DNA of 64,000 nt, taken from Ranitomeya imitator (Eukaryota). Below, piece by piece: positions 24,741 to 36,084 of the stretch; the stretch's first letter is position 1; the number at the start of each line of letters is the position of its first letter. The DNA lies in the NCBI RefSeq assembly GCF_032444005.1, contig NC_091285.1:54870001-54934000 (forward strand), in the 5' to 3' direction. The translations under genes were made by a program, and so were the position numbers. The notes beneath the pieces are model-generated. The model searched no databases and was not told the DNA's origin. It worked only from the letters and a program-made list of their open reading frames with translations.

Positions 24741-26496
24741 TTAACCCCTTCACCCCAAAGCCTGTTTTCACCTTCCTAAACAGGTCAAATTTTACAATTC
24801 TGACCAGTGCCACCTTAAGTGGTAATAACTCTGGAACGCTTCAACAGATCCCACTGACTCTGAGAAAGTTTTCTCATGACATATTATACTTTATGATAGT
24901 GGTAAAAAAACATTTGATATGACTTGCATTTATTTGTGAAAATATTGGAAATTTAGCAAAAAATTGGAAAATTTTTCAAACTTTTAATTTTTATGCCCTT
25001 AAGTTAAAGAGTTATGTCACACAAAATAGTTAATAAAAAATATTTCCTTCATGTCTACTTAACATCAGCACAACTTTTGAAACATCATTTTATTTTTTCC
25101 CCAAAATTTACAAAGCCATTTTTAGGGACCACCTCACATATCAAGTGACTTTGAAGGGTCTATATGACAGAAAAAAACACAAAAGAGACACCATTCTAAA
25201 TATGTCACCCCTCAATGTGTTCAAAGCCCCATTCAAGAAACTTATTAACCCTTCAGGTGCTTCACAGGAATTAATGGAATGTGGAAGGAAAAAAATGAAC
25301 ATTTAACTTTTTTCACAAAAATTTTCACAAGGGTAACAGGAAAAAATGGTCCAAAAAATGTGTTGTGCAATTGCTTGAGAATATGTGGGAGAAAACCACT
25401 GTTTGAGCGCACAGCAGAGCTCAGTATGGAAGGAACGCCATTTAACTTTTTGAATTTAAAATTTGCGGGAATAATTAGCTGATGACATGTCGCATTTGGA
25501 AAGGCCCTGATGGGCCCAAACAGAGAAAAACATTCAAATGTGACATAATTTTGGAAACTAGACCCATCAGGAAACTTTTCTAGATGTATGGTGAGCACCA
25601 TGAATGCCCATGAGCTTCACAGTAGTCTATAAGGTTGAGGCGTGAAAATAAAAAAAATCACATTTTTCACACAAAAATGTTTCTTAGCCTCAAATTTTTC
25701 CATTTTCACAAGGGTATCAGTTGAAATTGCACCATAAAATTTGTCGGCAGGATTCAGAAGGAATGAGCGCAATTTGAGTTTTTGAATGCAACATTTTTTT
25801 AAATCATTAGTGGACGCTATGTCGTGCTTTGGAGAGCCCCTGATGTGCCTAAAAAATGGAAACACGCCACAAGTAACCCTATTTTGGAAACAAGACCCCC
25901 TCAAAGAACTTATCTAGATGTGTGGTGAGCACCTTGAACCCCCAGGTGCTTCACAGAAGTTAATAAGGTTGAGCTATGAAAATAAAAAAATCACCTATTT
26001 CCCACAAAAAAATGTTCTTTTAGCCCCAATTGTTTTTATTTTAAGCAAGGTTAAAAGGAAAGATGGACCCCAAAATTTGTTGTGCAATTTCTCCTGAGTA
26101 CACCAATGTCCCATATGTGTCCAAAAACTGATATTGAAGCACAGTGCAAAGTTCAGAAGGGAAGAAGTATGAAAGTACGACATTAGAGTTCAGATTTTGC
26201 TGGACTGGTTTGCGGGTGCCATAACTCATTGGCAAAGCCCCTGAGGTGCCAAAACAGTATAACCTCCCATAAGTTACCCCATATTACAAACCATACCTCT
26301 GAATGAATTCATCTAGTGGTGCAGTGATCATATTGACACGACAGGTGTCACAGAATTGTATACTATTGGGCAGTGAAAAAAAAATAATTACGTTTTTAAG
26401 ACACAAATTTTTTTTAGCCCCCAGATTTTATATTTTCACACTGGGAAATGGATAAAAATGGAACCAACATTTGTCACTGTGTGACAAAAGGGTTAA
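24741..26496. mobile_element. Non-autonomous piggyBac-like element with internal repeats
   Basis: TTAA|CCCCTTC start and AAAGGG|TTAA end; repeated ccaggtgcttcacag-type blocks inside. Its left ~500 bp recurs inverted at 32700-33214. Confidence 0.6.
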
Positions 26497-26636
26497 GGCA
26501 GCTTTATTCTTCGAGTCAGTACTATTACTGCAATGCCACACTTAAAGTATTTTTATGCTTTTTCGCTTTTACATAAAGTGGTGAAATATATATATATATA
26601 TACTGTATATGCTGTGGACTATGTATAGATTTATTG

Positions 26637-27511
26637 TGTCATCGGCAATAATGTAACATCTGTCTTGAAAAGCTGCAGGTCGCACTCAGGTGTTAATATG
26701 TATTTTCCTGAGACATGAAGACTTCTGTCTCCAATCTCTCCAGGGGTCCTGCTGGAAGCCAAGAAGAAAAGTAACATTTGACACCTCCTAGCTCTTGGAA
26801 GAGAGATGTTAATTACGGCCTGATAGTATCTCTGTGAGAACTTTTACACAAAGGATCTCAAGAGAAAATAATATATTCATTGGGGGGGCGCGGCCATGGT
26901 CCAATCAAAAAACAAGCAATTATGATATTAACCTAAGGGGCTGGTCTAGAAACCTGACCTCCAGACAAAACTATAAATTAGGCCTATATACCTAAAAAAC
27001 TGGTTCACATGTGAGGGCAGCCTGAGACGCTGATGTATTCCACCAACTCCATTCACCCCCCCCCCACCCCACAGGGAGCAGAAAGCAAACTAACAGTTAG
27101 ATTAGTTCTGTAAGTTTTCTCATGTTTATTTTTATACTGTTTGCATGAGTTGTATGTCTTTTTATTATCATATTTTTATACCTTTTCTTACTTTAAGCAC
27201 CAAACCTTTTTGTATTAAAGTATAAAACTTTAACAAGTGGAACCTTGAATGTTCTAAAAGAATCCATAGCCTAAGGTGTGTGAGCCTTATGAGTAGTAGA
27301 CATTATTGGTATTAATATTTCCGGGACTCATCGCCTGTGTATTTGGTGAGTGGTGGCAGCGTGTATGATCGGGTGTGTGGCCTGGGTCAGTGTGTGATTT
27401 ATGCTTCCATTATAGCATAGGACAGAGGTTGAATGCTGGACTGAGAGTGGGGAGATAGATTAACCCTTGCAGGCACAACCCAAGTCACGTGCTGAGAGCG
27501 GGCACGAGACA
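26637..27511. mobile_element. Probable solo LTR
   Basis: TGTC...GACA ends, internal ATTAAA followed by a GT-rich tract, composition break from the flanks. No TSD found. Confidence 0.4.
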
Positions 27512-28437
27512 AATTAGTTACACCACGGAGTGGAGATCCGCAACACATAATAAAAACTTTTTTCTAGAAAAAAGAATTGTTTTTACATCGTCGAGAAATA
27601 TAGATTTTTATTTATCCACTAACAGTCCTATAGCAGATTGTAATTTGCATTAGAATATAACCTATACAGCTATGCCATTTTTATTTACATTTGTCCTTTT
27701 GATCGCAATTTATTCCACTTTTTGTTTGACAATCATAAAGTGATGAGAAAGTATAGTTTTTTGTCATTTTTATACAGTGTTTACTGGATGAGTTAAATGG
27801 TGTGACAGTTTTATATTTCAGGTCATTCCAGATGCAGTGATACCAAATATGTGTACTTTTTTTCAAATACAGTAAATATACGGATTTATTTGTAATATAC
27901 TGTATATATTTACAATTTTTTTTAACTTTTTTACTTAGACTTTCTATGGGATTTTAACTTGTATTACTCTGATCACTGGTATAATGCATGGCAATGCATT
28001 ACTGCTGTCAGTATTGCCCTGACCGACCGCCTTTTAAATTATGATTCTGGCATGGTCTAAAGGCCCCGTCACACTGAACGACGCAGCAGCGATCCCGACA
28101 ACGATACGACCTGTCCGGGATCGTTGCTGCGTCGCTATGAGATCGCTGGTGAGATGTCAAACAGAGCGATCTTCCCAACGACGCAGCAGCGATGCGGCGA
28201 CCTCTAGCGACCTGTACAACGACATCGTTGGTCGTTGTGACCCTGTCACATGGCTGCTATGATAACGATACAGACCTCGATGAGGGACGTCTTGTGTGAT
28301 GTTGTAGTCACACAGGCGTGCCTTTGTGTTGCCTTTTCCGCCCCCATTCAGTTAATTCGTGGTCGCTACTGCGTTCTGATTGGTCGGCGGCCTAGCCATA
28401 TGAGGCGACACGATAGCTCTTCCGTCCTTTGTTCCTG

Positions 28438-28572
28438 AGCGCGTGGTGGTGGATTGCAGATCGTTGTAGAGTTCTCCGGCCTGCGACTTCTAGCGCGTGG
28501 TGGTGGATTGCAGATCGTTGTAGAGTTCTCCGGCCTGCGACTTCTAGCGCGTGGTGGTGGATTGCAGATCCG
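28438..28572. repeat. 54-bp direct repeat, ~2.5 copies, in the Harbinger left arm
   Basis: agcgcgtggtggtggattgcagatcgttgtagagttctccggcctgcgacttct starts at 28438, 28492 and (partial) 28546. Confidence 0.9.
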
Positions 28573-29071
28573 TCCTGCGACTTCTATTCGTTTCTATTCT
28601 TCAACGGTTCTTCGGATATCTATACTTTGTGCACGGTAGGTATCGTTTGGGGTCTCAAATGCGTTTCCATTCCCTTTCCATTCCCTTGGCACCTATTATT
28701 CTTATATTTTTGCTCTGGAAGGAGGGAGGGAGTGCTTTGTTGGTATCTGTGTATATATATTTTAGCACATGGAGCCATTTTAAGTAGTCTCATGGGCACA
28801 GATAGGGTTACTAGGCCTTATTTTTTAAATAATAAATTTGGCTCTATGCCGGTTCCATTTGCATGGCAGGGGTACACAGCCTGCACTGGTGTGGTCAGTG
28901 GAGGACTATTGGAAGGAGGGACTGCAGACTGGCTGAGATTATTAGCAGTCCAGGCGAATTGTTCTCTATTTTACATTCACAGTAGTGTGGCTCATACATA
29001 AATCTTTTGAAATTCAAAATGTTGTTTAAAATTTTCCATATATGCTCACTGTATGCTATTCTTTCTTTCAG

Positions 29072-30329
29072 ATGTCTTTCAATACCGAGGAGTTTGTTCG
29101 GGAATTGATTGAGATGTATAGATCCCTGCCCTGCCTTTGGCAGATTAAATCCGCAGAGTACAGCAACAGAAACAAGAAGAGGGAGGCTTTTGCCAAACTT
29201 GTTGCTCTGTTTCAGTAGCATAACCCCAGCGAGAAGGTGGATGAAAGTGTAGTCCGAAAAAAGATCCAGGGTCTAAGAACAGTTTATAAAAAGGAGCTCA
29301 ACAAGGTGGTGAGGTCAAAGAAGTCTGGTGCCGCCACAGACGAGGTTTATGTGCCATCGTTATGGTACTTTGACTTACTTGGCTTCACCCGTGACCAGGA
29401 GCTCCCGCGTACAATGGCATCTTCAATGCGGCAGACCCTGGATGAAGACCCTGTGATCACGACTGACACCCCTGTTGGAGATGTAAGTACCTTCTTTGCT
29501 TGCTTCCCTGTAAAAAGCTTTAAAACTTGGTCTCTCATGCCATAGTCGAGTAGAAAATAGTAACTAAGTTTTTTCCTCTTTTATTATGCTGCATTTTATC
29601 CAAGTTATCCCTTCCACTTCAGATAAGTGCAATCCTTAACTTTTTGACCCCACTCAGTGCTCATACGGTTGAATTAAAAAAAATCCTATCCTGTACTACT
29701 AGTTCCCCCACTTATTTACTTCTAAATTTTCTGTTCCTGCAGCAAAATCGCCATGATGATCAGTCCACCCCGACCGGTGACAACCTGCTGTGACATGAAC
29801 CAAGCCGGGTGGAGGCTAATGAGGGGTCTATTGAAGACCCTGCACCCTCAACCCCCAACACAGCTTATTTACCACGTCGGATGAAGAATGGTCATAAAAA
29901 AAGGACACAGTGTCGCCATCGACAGAGTTGGTCACTTTGGCCAAGCAAATGTTGAGCCAGCAGACCAACAGTACAGGGGACAGCTTCGCCAACTTTGCCG
30001 CTGACCGGCTAGGGAAGCTGCAAGCCGCACAAAGAATCCATGCCGAGAGGGTGATATTTGAAACTTTAAGTAAAGCGGCAGCTGGACAGCTCGATGAAAG
30101 TTCAAGTGTGCACAGTTTTATGGAACGTGATCCGTGTTCATGGCAGCAAATGAATGAAACACCTCAGGCAATGCATGGCACACAAGCACACCGTCATAGA
30201 TCTCATCTGAACATGCCACTTGCCCCTCCACCACAATATCCCCGGTTTTCCCATTCTTTTCTTGGGCAATTATCATCTCCGCCCAGCCAAGGATTTTTGA
30301 ATGGTGAAAACCAGTATGAAGAATTATAG
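29072..30329 (+). pseudogene. Harbinger MADF-domain accessory gene, disrupted (2 coding exons: 29072-29482, 29743-30329)
   Basis: MSFNTEEFVRELIEMYRSLPCLWQIKSAEYSNRNKKREAF...KKIQGLRTVYKKEL...LWYFDLLGF (MADF pattern). GTAAGT donor at 29483, acceptor ttcctgcag. In-frame TAG at 29216, TGA at 29791, and a 1-nt frameshift in the A7 run near 29900. Confidence 0.82.
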
Positions 30330-30701
30330 TTCCATTAAATAATTTGGGTTATAAGTATAATTGTTGTATAGTTTAGTTATTTTATATTAAAGAGTTAAAT
30401 TTAAATGTTACTTTATGTTAAAAATTGTTATAAATAAAAAATTTTTGATAATTCAAAACTTGCAGCCTGCTTTACTGAATTCAGCATATAGTTATTAGCA
30501 GGTCTAGTAGGTGGGGTTATGTGCTGGGTGCATGTATACAGATGCATACATATAATGAGTGTTCGTGATGGAATTTGTTTGTTGTTTTTTACAAAGCGTA
30601 CACTTCAGGGGATATTAAATTTTTTTTTTTTATAAACAATATTAACAACCAACATCCTAATAAAACTTTGAACAAAAGCATCAACATAACAAAAAAAAAA
30701 A

Positions 30702-32251
30702 TTAATGGCTGCCGCTCTGCTGTTGTGCAGCCACAAAACGATCCAGCATCACTCCGTGCTGTTTGACTTGCTCAGCCAGTGTCCCCTGTGTCGCCATCAT
30801 CCTCCTGTGTGATGCCTGGAGGTCCTGTAATGTTGGGATTTCTATGGAGGGAATGGTAAAACTTAGTTTTGTACATGCATCAAACTATCATGTACGTGTT
30901 TGTTATTTAACAATTACGGTTTTCGGGTAAATCGGGTGAGGAAGAACTAAGGGACCACCCGGATCCTCTGGCATCACCGCCTAGGGAAAGATACAACACT
31001 TGATAGTACACGACAGTCCTATCCTTTACGAGTTGTATGGACCTATTTTTTAGTGCAATAATTACCGGGGGACATGACTTCACCCATGTCACGGAGTGAT
31101 GCTGGCGACCCTGTTGGTGACGAGCCTGTCGTTGACTCCTGCTGGGGCTCCGGGTCTGCTGGTGCTGGAGGGAAATAATTATTACATTATTACATATGAG
31201 GCGTGCGGAGCCGAGCCTGGTGTGTGTACGAGGCGTGCGGAGCCGAGCCTGGTGTGTACGAGGCGTGCGGAGCCGAGCCTGGTGTGTGTACGAGGCGTGC
31301 GGAGCCGAGCCTTGTGTGTGTACGAGGCGTGCGGAGCCGAGCCTGGTGTGTGTACGAGGCGTGCGGAGCCGAGCCTGGTGTGTGTACGAGGCGTGCGGAG
31401 CCGAGCCTGGTGTGTGTACGAGGCGTGCGGAGCCGAGCCTGGTGTGTGTACGAGGCGTGCGGAGCCGAGCCTGCTGTGTGTACGAGGCGTGCGGAGCCGA
31501 GCCTGGTGTGTGTACGAGGCGTGCGGAGCCGAGCCTGGTGTGTGTACGAGGCGTGCGGAGCCGAGCCTGGTGTGTACGAGGCGTGCGGAGCCGAGCCTGG
31601 TGTGTGTACGAGGCGTGCGGAGCCGGGCCTGGTGTGTGTACGAGGCGTGCGGAGGCGAGCCTGGTGTGTGTACGAGGCGTGCGGAGCCGAGCCTGGTGTG
31701 TGTACGAGGCGTGCGGAGCCGAGCCTGGTGTGTGTACGAGGCGTGCGGAGCCGAGCCTGGTGTGTACGAGGCGTGCGGAGCCGAGCCTGGTGTGTGTACG
31801 AGGCGTGCGGAGCCGAGCCTGGTGTGTGTACGAGGCGTGCGGAGCCGAGCCTGGTGTGTGTACGAGGCGTGCGGAGCCGAGCCTGGTGTGTACGAGGCGT
31901 GCGGAGCCGAGCCTGGTGTGTGTACGAGGCGTGCGGAGCCGAGCCTGGTGTGTGTACGAGGCGTGCGGAGCAACACTCACCACGATGTGGAAGGCTCTGT
32001 GACCGGATGCTGGCTAGGCGCTCACTGGACCTGTACTGCAGATCCGCCAGCTTCTTCCGGATCTGGGTACTGGAGCGCTGCACCCCAAATCTCTGGTCTA
32101 GGCCCCAACTGATCCTCCGCAGCACAGCCTGCTTATGGAGGACGGGATGCTCTTGGTGATTCTGACACCCATAATCACGGGCATCTAATTCAGTTATGAG
32201 GTAACGCACTTCTGCGTCACCCCAAGGCGTTGCACGACGCCTGGCCGCCAT
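30702..32251 (-). CDS. Predicted 4-exon, 184-aa Myb/SANT-like protein inside the Harbinger (exons 32251-31981, 31164-31084, 30980-30918, 30841-30702)
   Basis: Exon 1 RRRATPWGDAEVRYLI...K..VLRRI...FGVQRSSTQIRKKLADL has Myb/SANT-like spacing. Three GT-AG introns, all phase 1; the spliced 555 nt is open to TAA. Family assignment is by eye. Confidence 0.72.
31193..31970. repeat. CpG-rich 32-bp minisatellite (~24 copies, some 30-bp variants)
   Basis: Unit gtgtgtacgaggcgtgcggagccgagcctggt; it explains the six overlapping repetitive ORFs in the track. Confidence 0.97.
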
Positions 32252-32520
32252 TTTGCCGCCACTAGTGAAAAGCAAGGCCACAGCACTGTCCTTTCACCCG
32301 CCCACAACGCATCAGCGCCGTAAACCACGCCCACGACGCATCAACGTCACCGCGATTATTATAGACGACGCTGCTGCGTTCGCGAAGGAAGCGGTCTGTA
32401 TTGTAATCTCCAGATCACAACGAAGACGCTACTGCGTTCTGAATGTGACGCATTCTCAATACAACGTCTCCGGTTGCACTGGTAGACTGGAGTGTTGGTG
32501 GTTTCATGTATGGATATGTA

Positions 32521-33214
32521 TTAACCCTTTCCCGACCTGTGACACAGCGTATGCGTCGTGAAAGTCGGTGCCAATTCGACCAGTGACGCATATGCTGTGT
32601 CACAGAATGATCGCGTCCTTTTAGATCTGGTGAAAGGGTTAACTCCCATTACACCCGATTTGCAGTGACAGGGGGAGTGATAGTTTAGCCCGGGGGGGTG
32701 CATTTTTTAGAATGGTGTCACTTTTGGGTATTTCAGCCATATAGACCCCTCAAACTGACTTCAAATGTGAGGTGGTTCCTAAAAAAATTGGTTTTGTAAA
32801 TTTCATTCTAAAAATGAGAAATCGCTGGTCAAATTTGAACCCTTATAAGTTCCTAGCAACACAAAAAAAATTGTTTCCAAAATTGTGCTGATGTAAAGTA
32901 GACGTGTGGGAAATGTTATTTATTTTGTGTCACATATCTCTCTGGTTTCACAAAATAAAAATTCAAAATGTGAAAATTGTGAAATTTTCGAAATTTTTTA
33001 TAAATTTTCATTTTTATCACACATAAACGCAAAATTTATTGACCTAAATTTACCACTAACATGAAGCCCAATATGTCACGAAAAAACAAAATCAGAACCG
33101 CTAGGATCCGTTGAAGCGTTCCAGAGTTATTACCTCATAATGGGACACTGGTCAGAATTGCAAACAACGGCAAGGTCTTTAAGGTCAAAATAGGCTGGGT
33201 CACGAAGGGGTTAA
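32521..33214. mobile_element. piggyBac-type insertions nested in the Harbinger (small palindromic MITE 32521-32642 plus a terminal fragment)
   Basis: TTAA|CCCTTT...AAAGGG|TTAA hairpin. 32700-33214 is the reverse complement of the left end of the 24741 element and ends GAAGGGG|TTAA. Confidence 0.65.
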
Positions 33215-33455
33215 TGTTTAGGTAGGTGTTTAGATTTGTATGTATGTGAGTATGTATGTGTATATGTAGGTATCTGTGTAGATTTCAATGTTGATGTATA
33301 TGGATGTATCAGTATACATAGGAATACACGTATGTATATACGGGCCCTTACTGCAGAAAGAATGAGAAACAAAGCTTTTTCAAAGTAAAACAAACAGTTT
33401 ATTTGACAGATCAGTGCAATAACTAAAACAGTGTATAAATGTCAGTAGTAGCCCA

Positions 33456-34712
33456 CTATAAGTTCTGATGCTGCCAAGTAACAGCACCAGGACCGTTAAA
33501 ATATTGGCAGTAGTTGTCTCGGCAGGTCTTCGCATCGTGGGTGTTTCTGCCAGGTAACAATGGTTGAAGGCCTGCAATTGCGGGATCATTTGCGCGCCAT
33601 TCACCGAGCTGCACTTCCCCATTTAATAGGCCCACAGAGTCCATGAATCCAGGAGGACTATACGCCAAAGCATCGCGACGGCGAAGGAAGTTGTGAAGCA
33701 CACAACAAGCCAAAACAACAGAGTCTATCGATTCAAGCTTCATGTTAATAGGCGTGTGGAAAACTCTGAAGCGATTGGCCATGATACCGAAGGCATTTTC
33801 TACAACCCGACGTGCCCTTGACAAACGGTAATTGAAAATTCTTCTTTCCTCTGTTAGATTTTTTTGGGGGAACGGTTTGATAAGATTGGGATGAAGCGGG
33901 AAGGCCTCATCACCGACAAAAACAAAATTAAGGTTGCCTCTAGTCTCGGAGTTGGGAGGTAAGTGAAGGTCATAGTTGTTCAAACGCTCTCCAAAGAGTG
34001 TGTGCTCTAAAACGCCACCATCGGAAACCCTTCCATTCATGCCAACATCTACATTTATAAATTCATAATTCGCGTTAACAATGGCCATCAGGATGATGCT
34101 GAAATAGCCCTTATAATTAAAGAAGTAGGATCCGCTGTTCGGTGGTTGAGTGATCCGGACATGTTTCCCGTCCAAAGCCCCACCACAGTTTGGGAACTGC
34201 CAAAGCTGCTCAAAATCGGAGGCAATCTTTTTCCATTCCTCCTCCGTGTTGGGAAACTGCATGTAGCTACGTAGACTGTGGAAAATCGCATCACATGTCT
34301 CTGGAATTAGAACGCTGAGCAGGGTCCTTGAAATGGCTGAAGAAAAATGCAAGTCTTGCAGCGAGCGCCCGGTGGCCAGGAATCGCAGCGTGACTGCCAA
34401 TCTTTCATCGGCCGGGATGGCAGCACGCATCACTGTATCCTTCCGTTGAATCAGTGGAGTAATTCTTTCCAGTAAATGTTTGAAGGATTCCTCAGACATC
34501 CGCAGATAGTTGCGGAAATCATGAGGATTGTTATCCTGAAGCTCTCTTACAAGTTGCATGTGGGACAAATCAGACCTCTTCTGCAGCCATTCTCTGGTCC
34601 ACATGCGACGCTTTCGTTTAGAACGCCTCTCTTGCATCCGGGCCTCATCTTGACGCCGAGCTTCCTCAACCAGCAATGCAGCAAACACAACAGCACACTG
34701 CGCATTGTTCAT
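33456..34712 (-). CDS. Harbinger DDE transposase (HARBI1-like, DDE_Tnp_4 type), intact ORF of 418 aa
   Basis: GALDGKHV, GRVSDGGV, VGDEAFPL and FNYRLSRARRVVENAFG motifs with no stops. ATG at 34712 lies just after a pyrimidine-rich acceptor (tttcag, 34724). Confidence 0.95.
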   Translation of the reverse strand: MNNAQCAVVFAALLVEEARRQDEARMQERRSKRKRRMWTREWLQKRSDLSHMQLVRELQDNNPHDFRNYLRMSEESFKHLLERITPLIQRKDTVMRAAIPADERLAVTLRFLATGRSLQDLHFSSAISRTLLSVLIPETCDAIFHSLRSYMQFPNTEEEWKKIASDFEQLWQFPNCGGALDGKHVRITQPPNSGSYFFNYKGYFSIILMAIVNANYEFINVDVGMNGRVSDGGVLEHTLFGERLNNYDLHLPPNSETRGNLNFVFVGDEAFPLHPNLIKPFPQKNLTEERRIFNYRLSRARRVVENAFGIMANRFRVFHTPINMKLESIDSVVLACCVLHNFLRRRDALAYSPPGFMDSVGLLNGEVQLGEWRANDPAIAGLQPLLPGRNTHDAKTCRDNYCQYFNGPGAVTWQHQNL

Positions 34713-36084
34713 GATGCTGCACACTGAAACACATAAAAGAAAAAGAAGATAAATTTAATAAATAAAAAATTCAATTACGTTACCATGCATTACAGAAAAG
34801 ACCCCCTAAAATATCAGCCCGTGTAAAAGTATATCTACACAGATAGCAGACAAGCCCTCACTCCATCCCTCCACAGCAATGATAGCAGGAAATTATCTTT
34901 AGTTGCCCTGTATAAAAATTTAGGGGAAAATGAAAACGCAATTGCGACCACAAATACATACCATACACAATGTATAGTTGTCAGAAGAATCCTTGCAGAA
35001 CAGATTATCGAAATGGAAGAGGAGTCGCAGGCCGGAGAACTCTACAACGTTCTGCAATCCACCACGCGCTCAGGAACAAAGGACGGAAGGGCTATTATGT
35101 GTCGCCTTAAAGCATGGCCGCAAACCAATCAGAACGCAGTAGCGACCACCAATCGGAACAGAATGGGCGCGGAAAAGGCAACGCAAATGCACGCCTACAT
35201 GTCGGTGTCTGAGTCGTCAATGAGGTCGTTGGTAGGTGTCAAACAAAGCGATGTGTGTTCCCCAGCGGGACCTCAACGATCGAAAAATGGCCCAGGCCAT
35301 TCCGACATGACCAGCGATCTCACAGCAGGGGCCTGATCGCTGCTACGTGTCACACATAGCGAGATCGCTAGCGAGATCGCTGTTGCGTCACAAAACTTGT
35401 GACTCAGCAGCGATCTCGCTAGCGATCTCGCTATGTGTGACGGGGCCTTAACAGAACACCATAGCTGGCAGACCTGAAGGTTCTCATTTGACCTCCGGTT
35501 TCCATGGCTATCATTGGCAGACCATGATTATGTTATGAGGTGCCGATTGGGTGGGAGATGGAGTCGCCCCCTCCCCCTCATAGCCTTCTAAATGCTGCTA
35601 TTGCTATTGATTGCAACATTTAGGGGGTAAACAGCTGGGGACAGTGTGGCTTACAGTTACGTCATGAGTTGTGAAGTGGCTAAGTTCCCTAATTGGAGGA
35701 GTTAAAAAAAATTGGTTCTCATGCTTAGAAAAAAGGCACAAAAAGCAAGGGCTTCTGCTTTCATAAGTAACTCATTTCCCTACATGTTTTATCACAGGAG
35801 TATTTCTGCTGCATCAGTAGTCTTATGAGCTCATCATAAATCAAGCCAGTATATCTTCTAAATCACTGATATGATTTATGGTAAGCTCGGAAAGCTGGAT
35901 ATGTGGCAAAAACACTCAATCCTGGGATCCAATAGATAGTGAAATATGTTAACTTAGGCAGGAAAATGTTTTGCATCAGAAAATAGCAGATGTGAAACCC
36001 TGCTGCATCATCTGTACACTCACTTATCATATTAAGTGGTTTAAATGACTTACAGGCTCACAGGAAAAAAAAAATATATATATA

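Larger units (their letters stand above)
28061..35448. mobile_element. Full-length PIF/Harbinger DNA transposon (7388 bp)
   Basis: Perfect 14-bp TIRs AGGCCCCGTCACAC (28061) / GTGTGACGGGGCCT (35435-35448); TAA on both sides (28058-28060, 35449-35451); encodes a DDE transposase and DNA-binding genes. Confidence 0.95.

Noticed and set aside
30907-32159. Six overlapping 260-360 aa repetitive ORFs
   Set aside because: They arise from the stop-free 32-bp minisatellite. Only the non-repetitive parts belong to the spliced Myb-like model.
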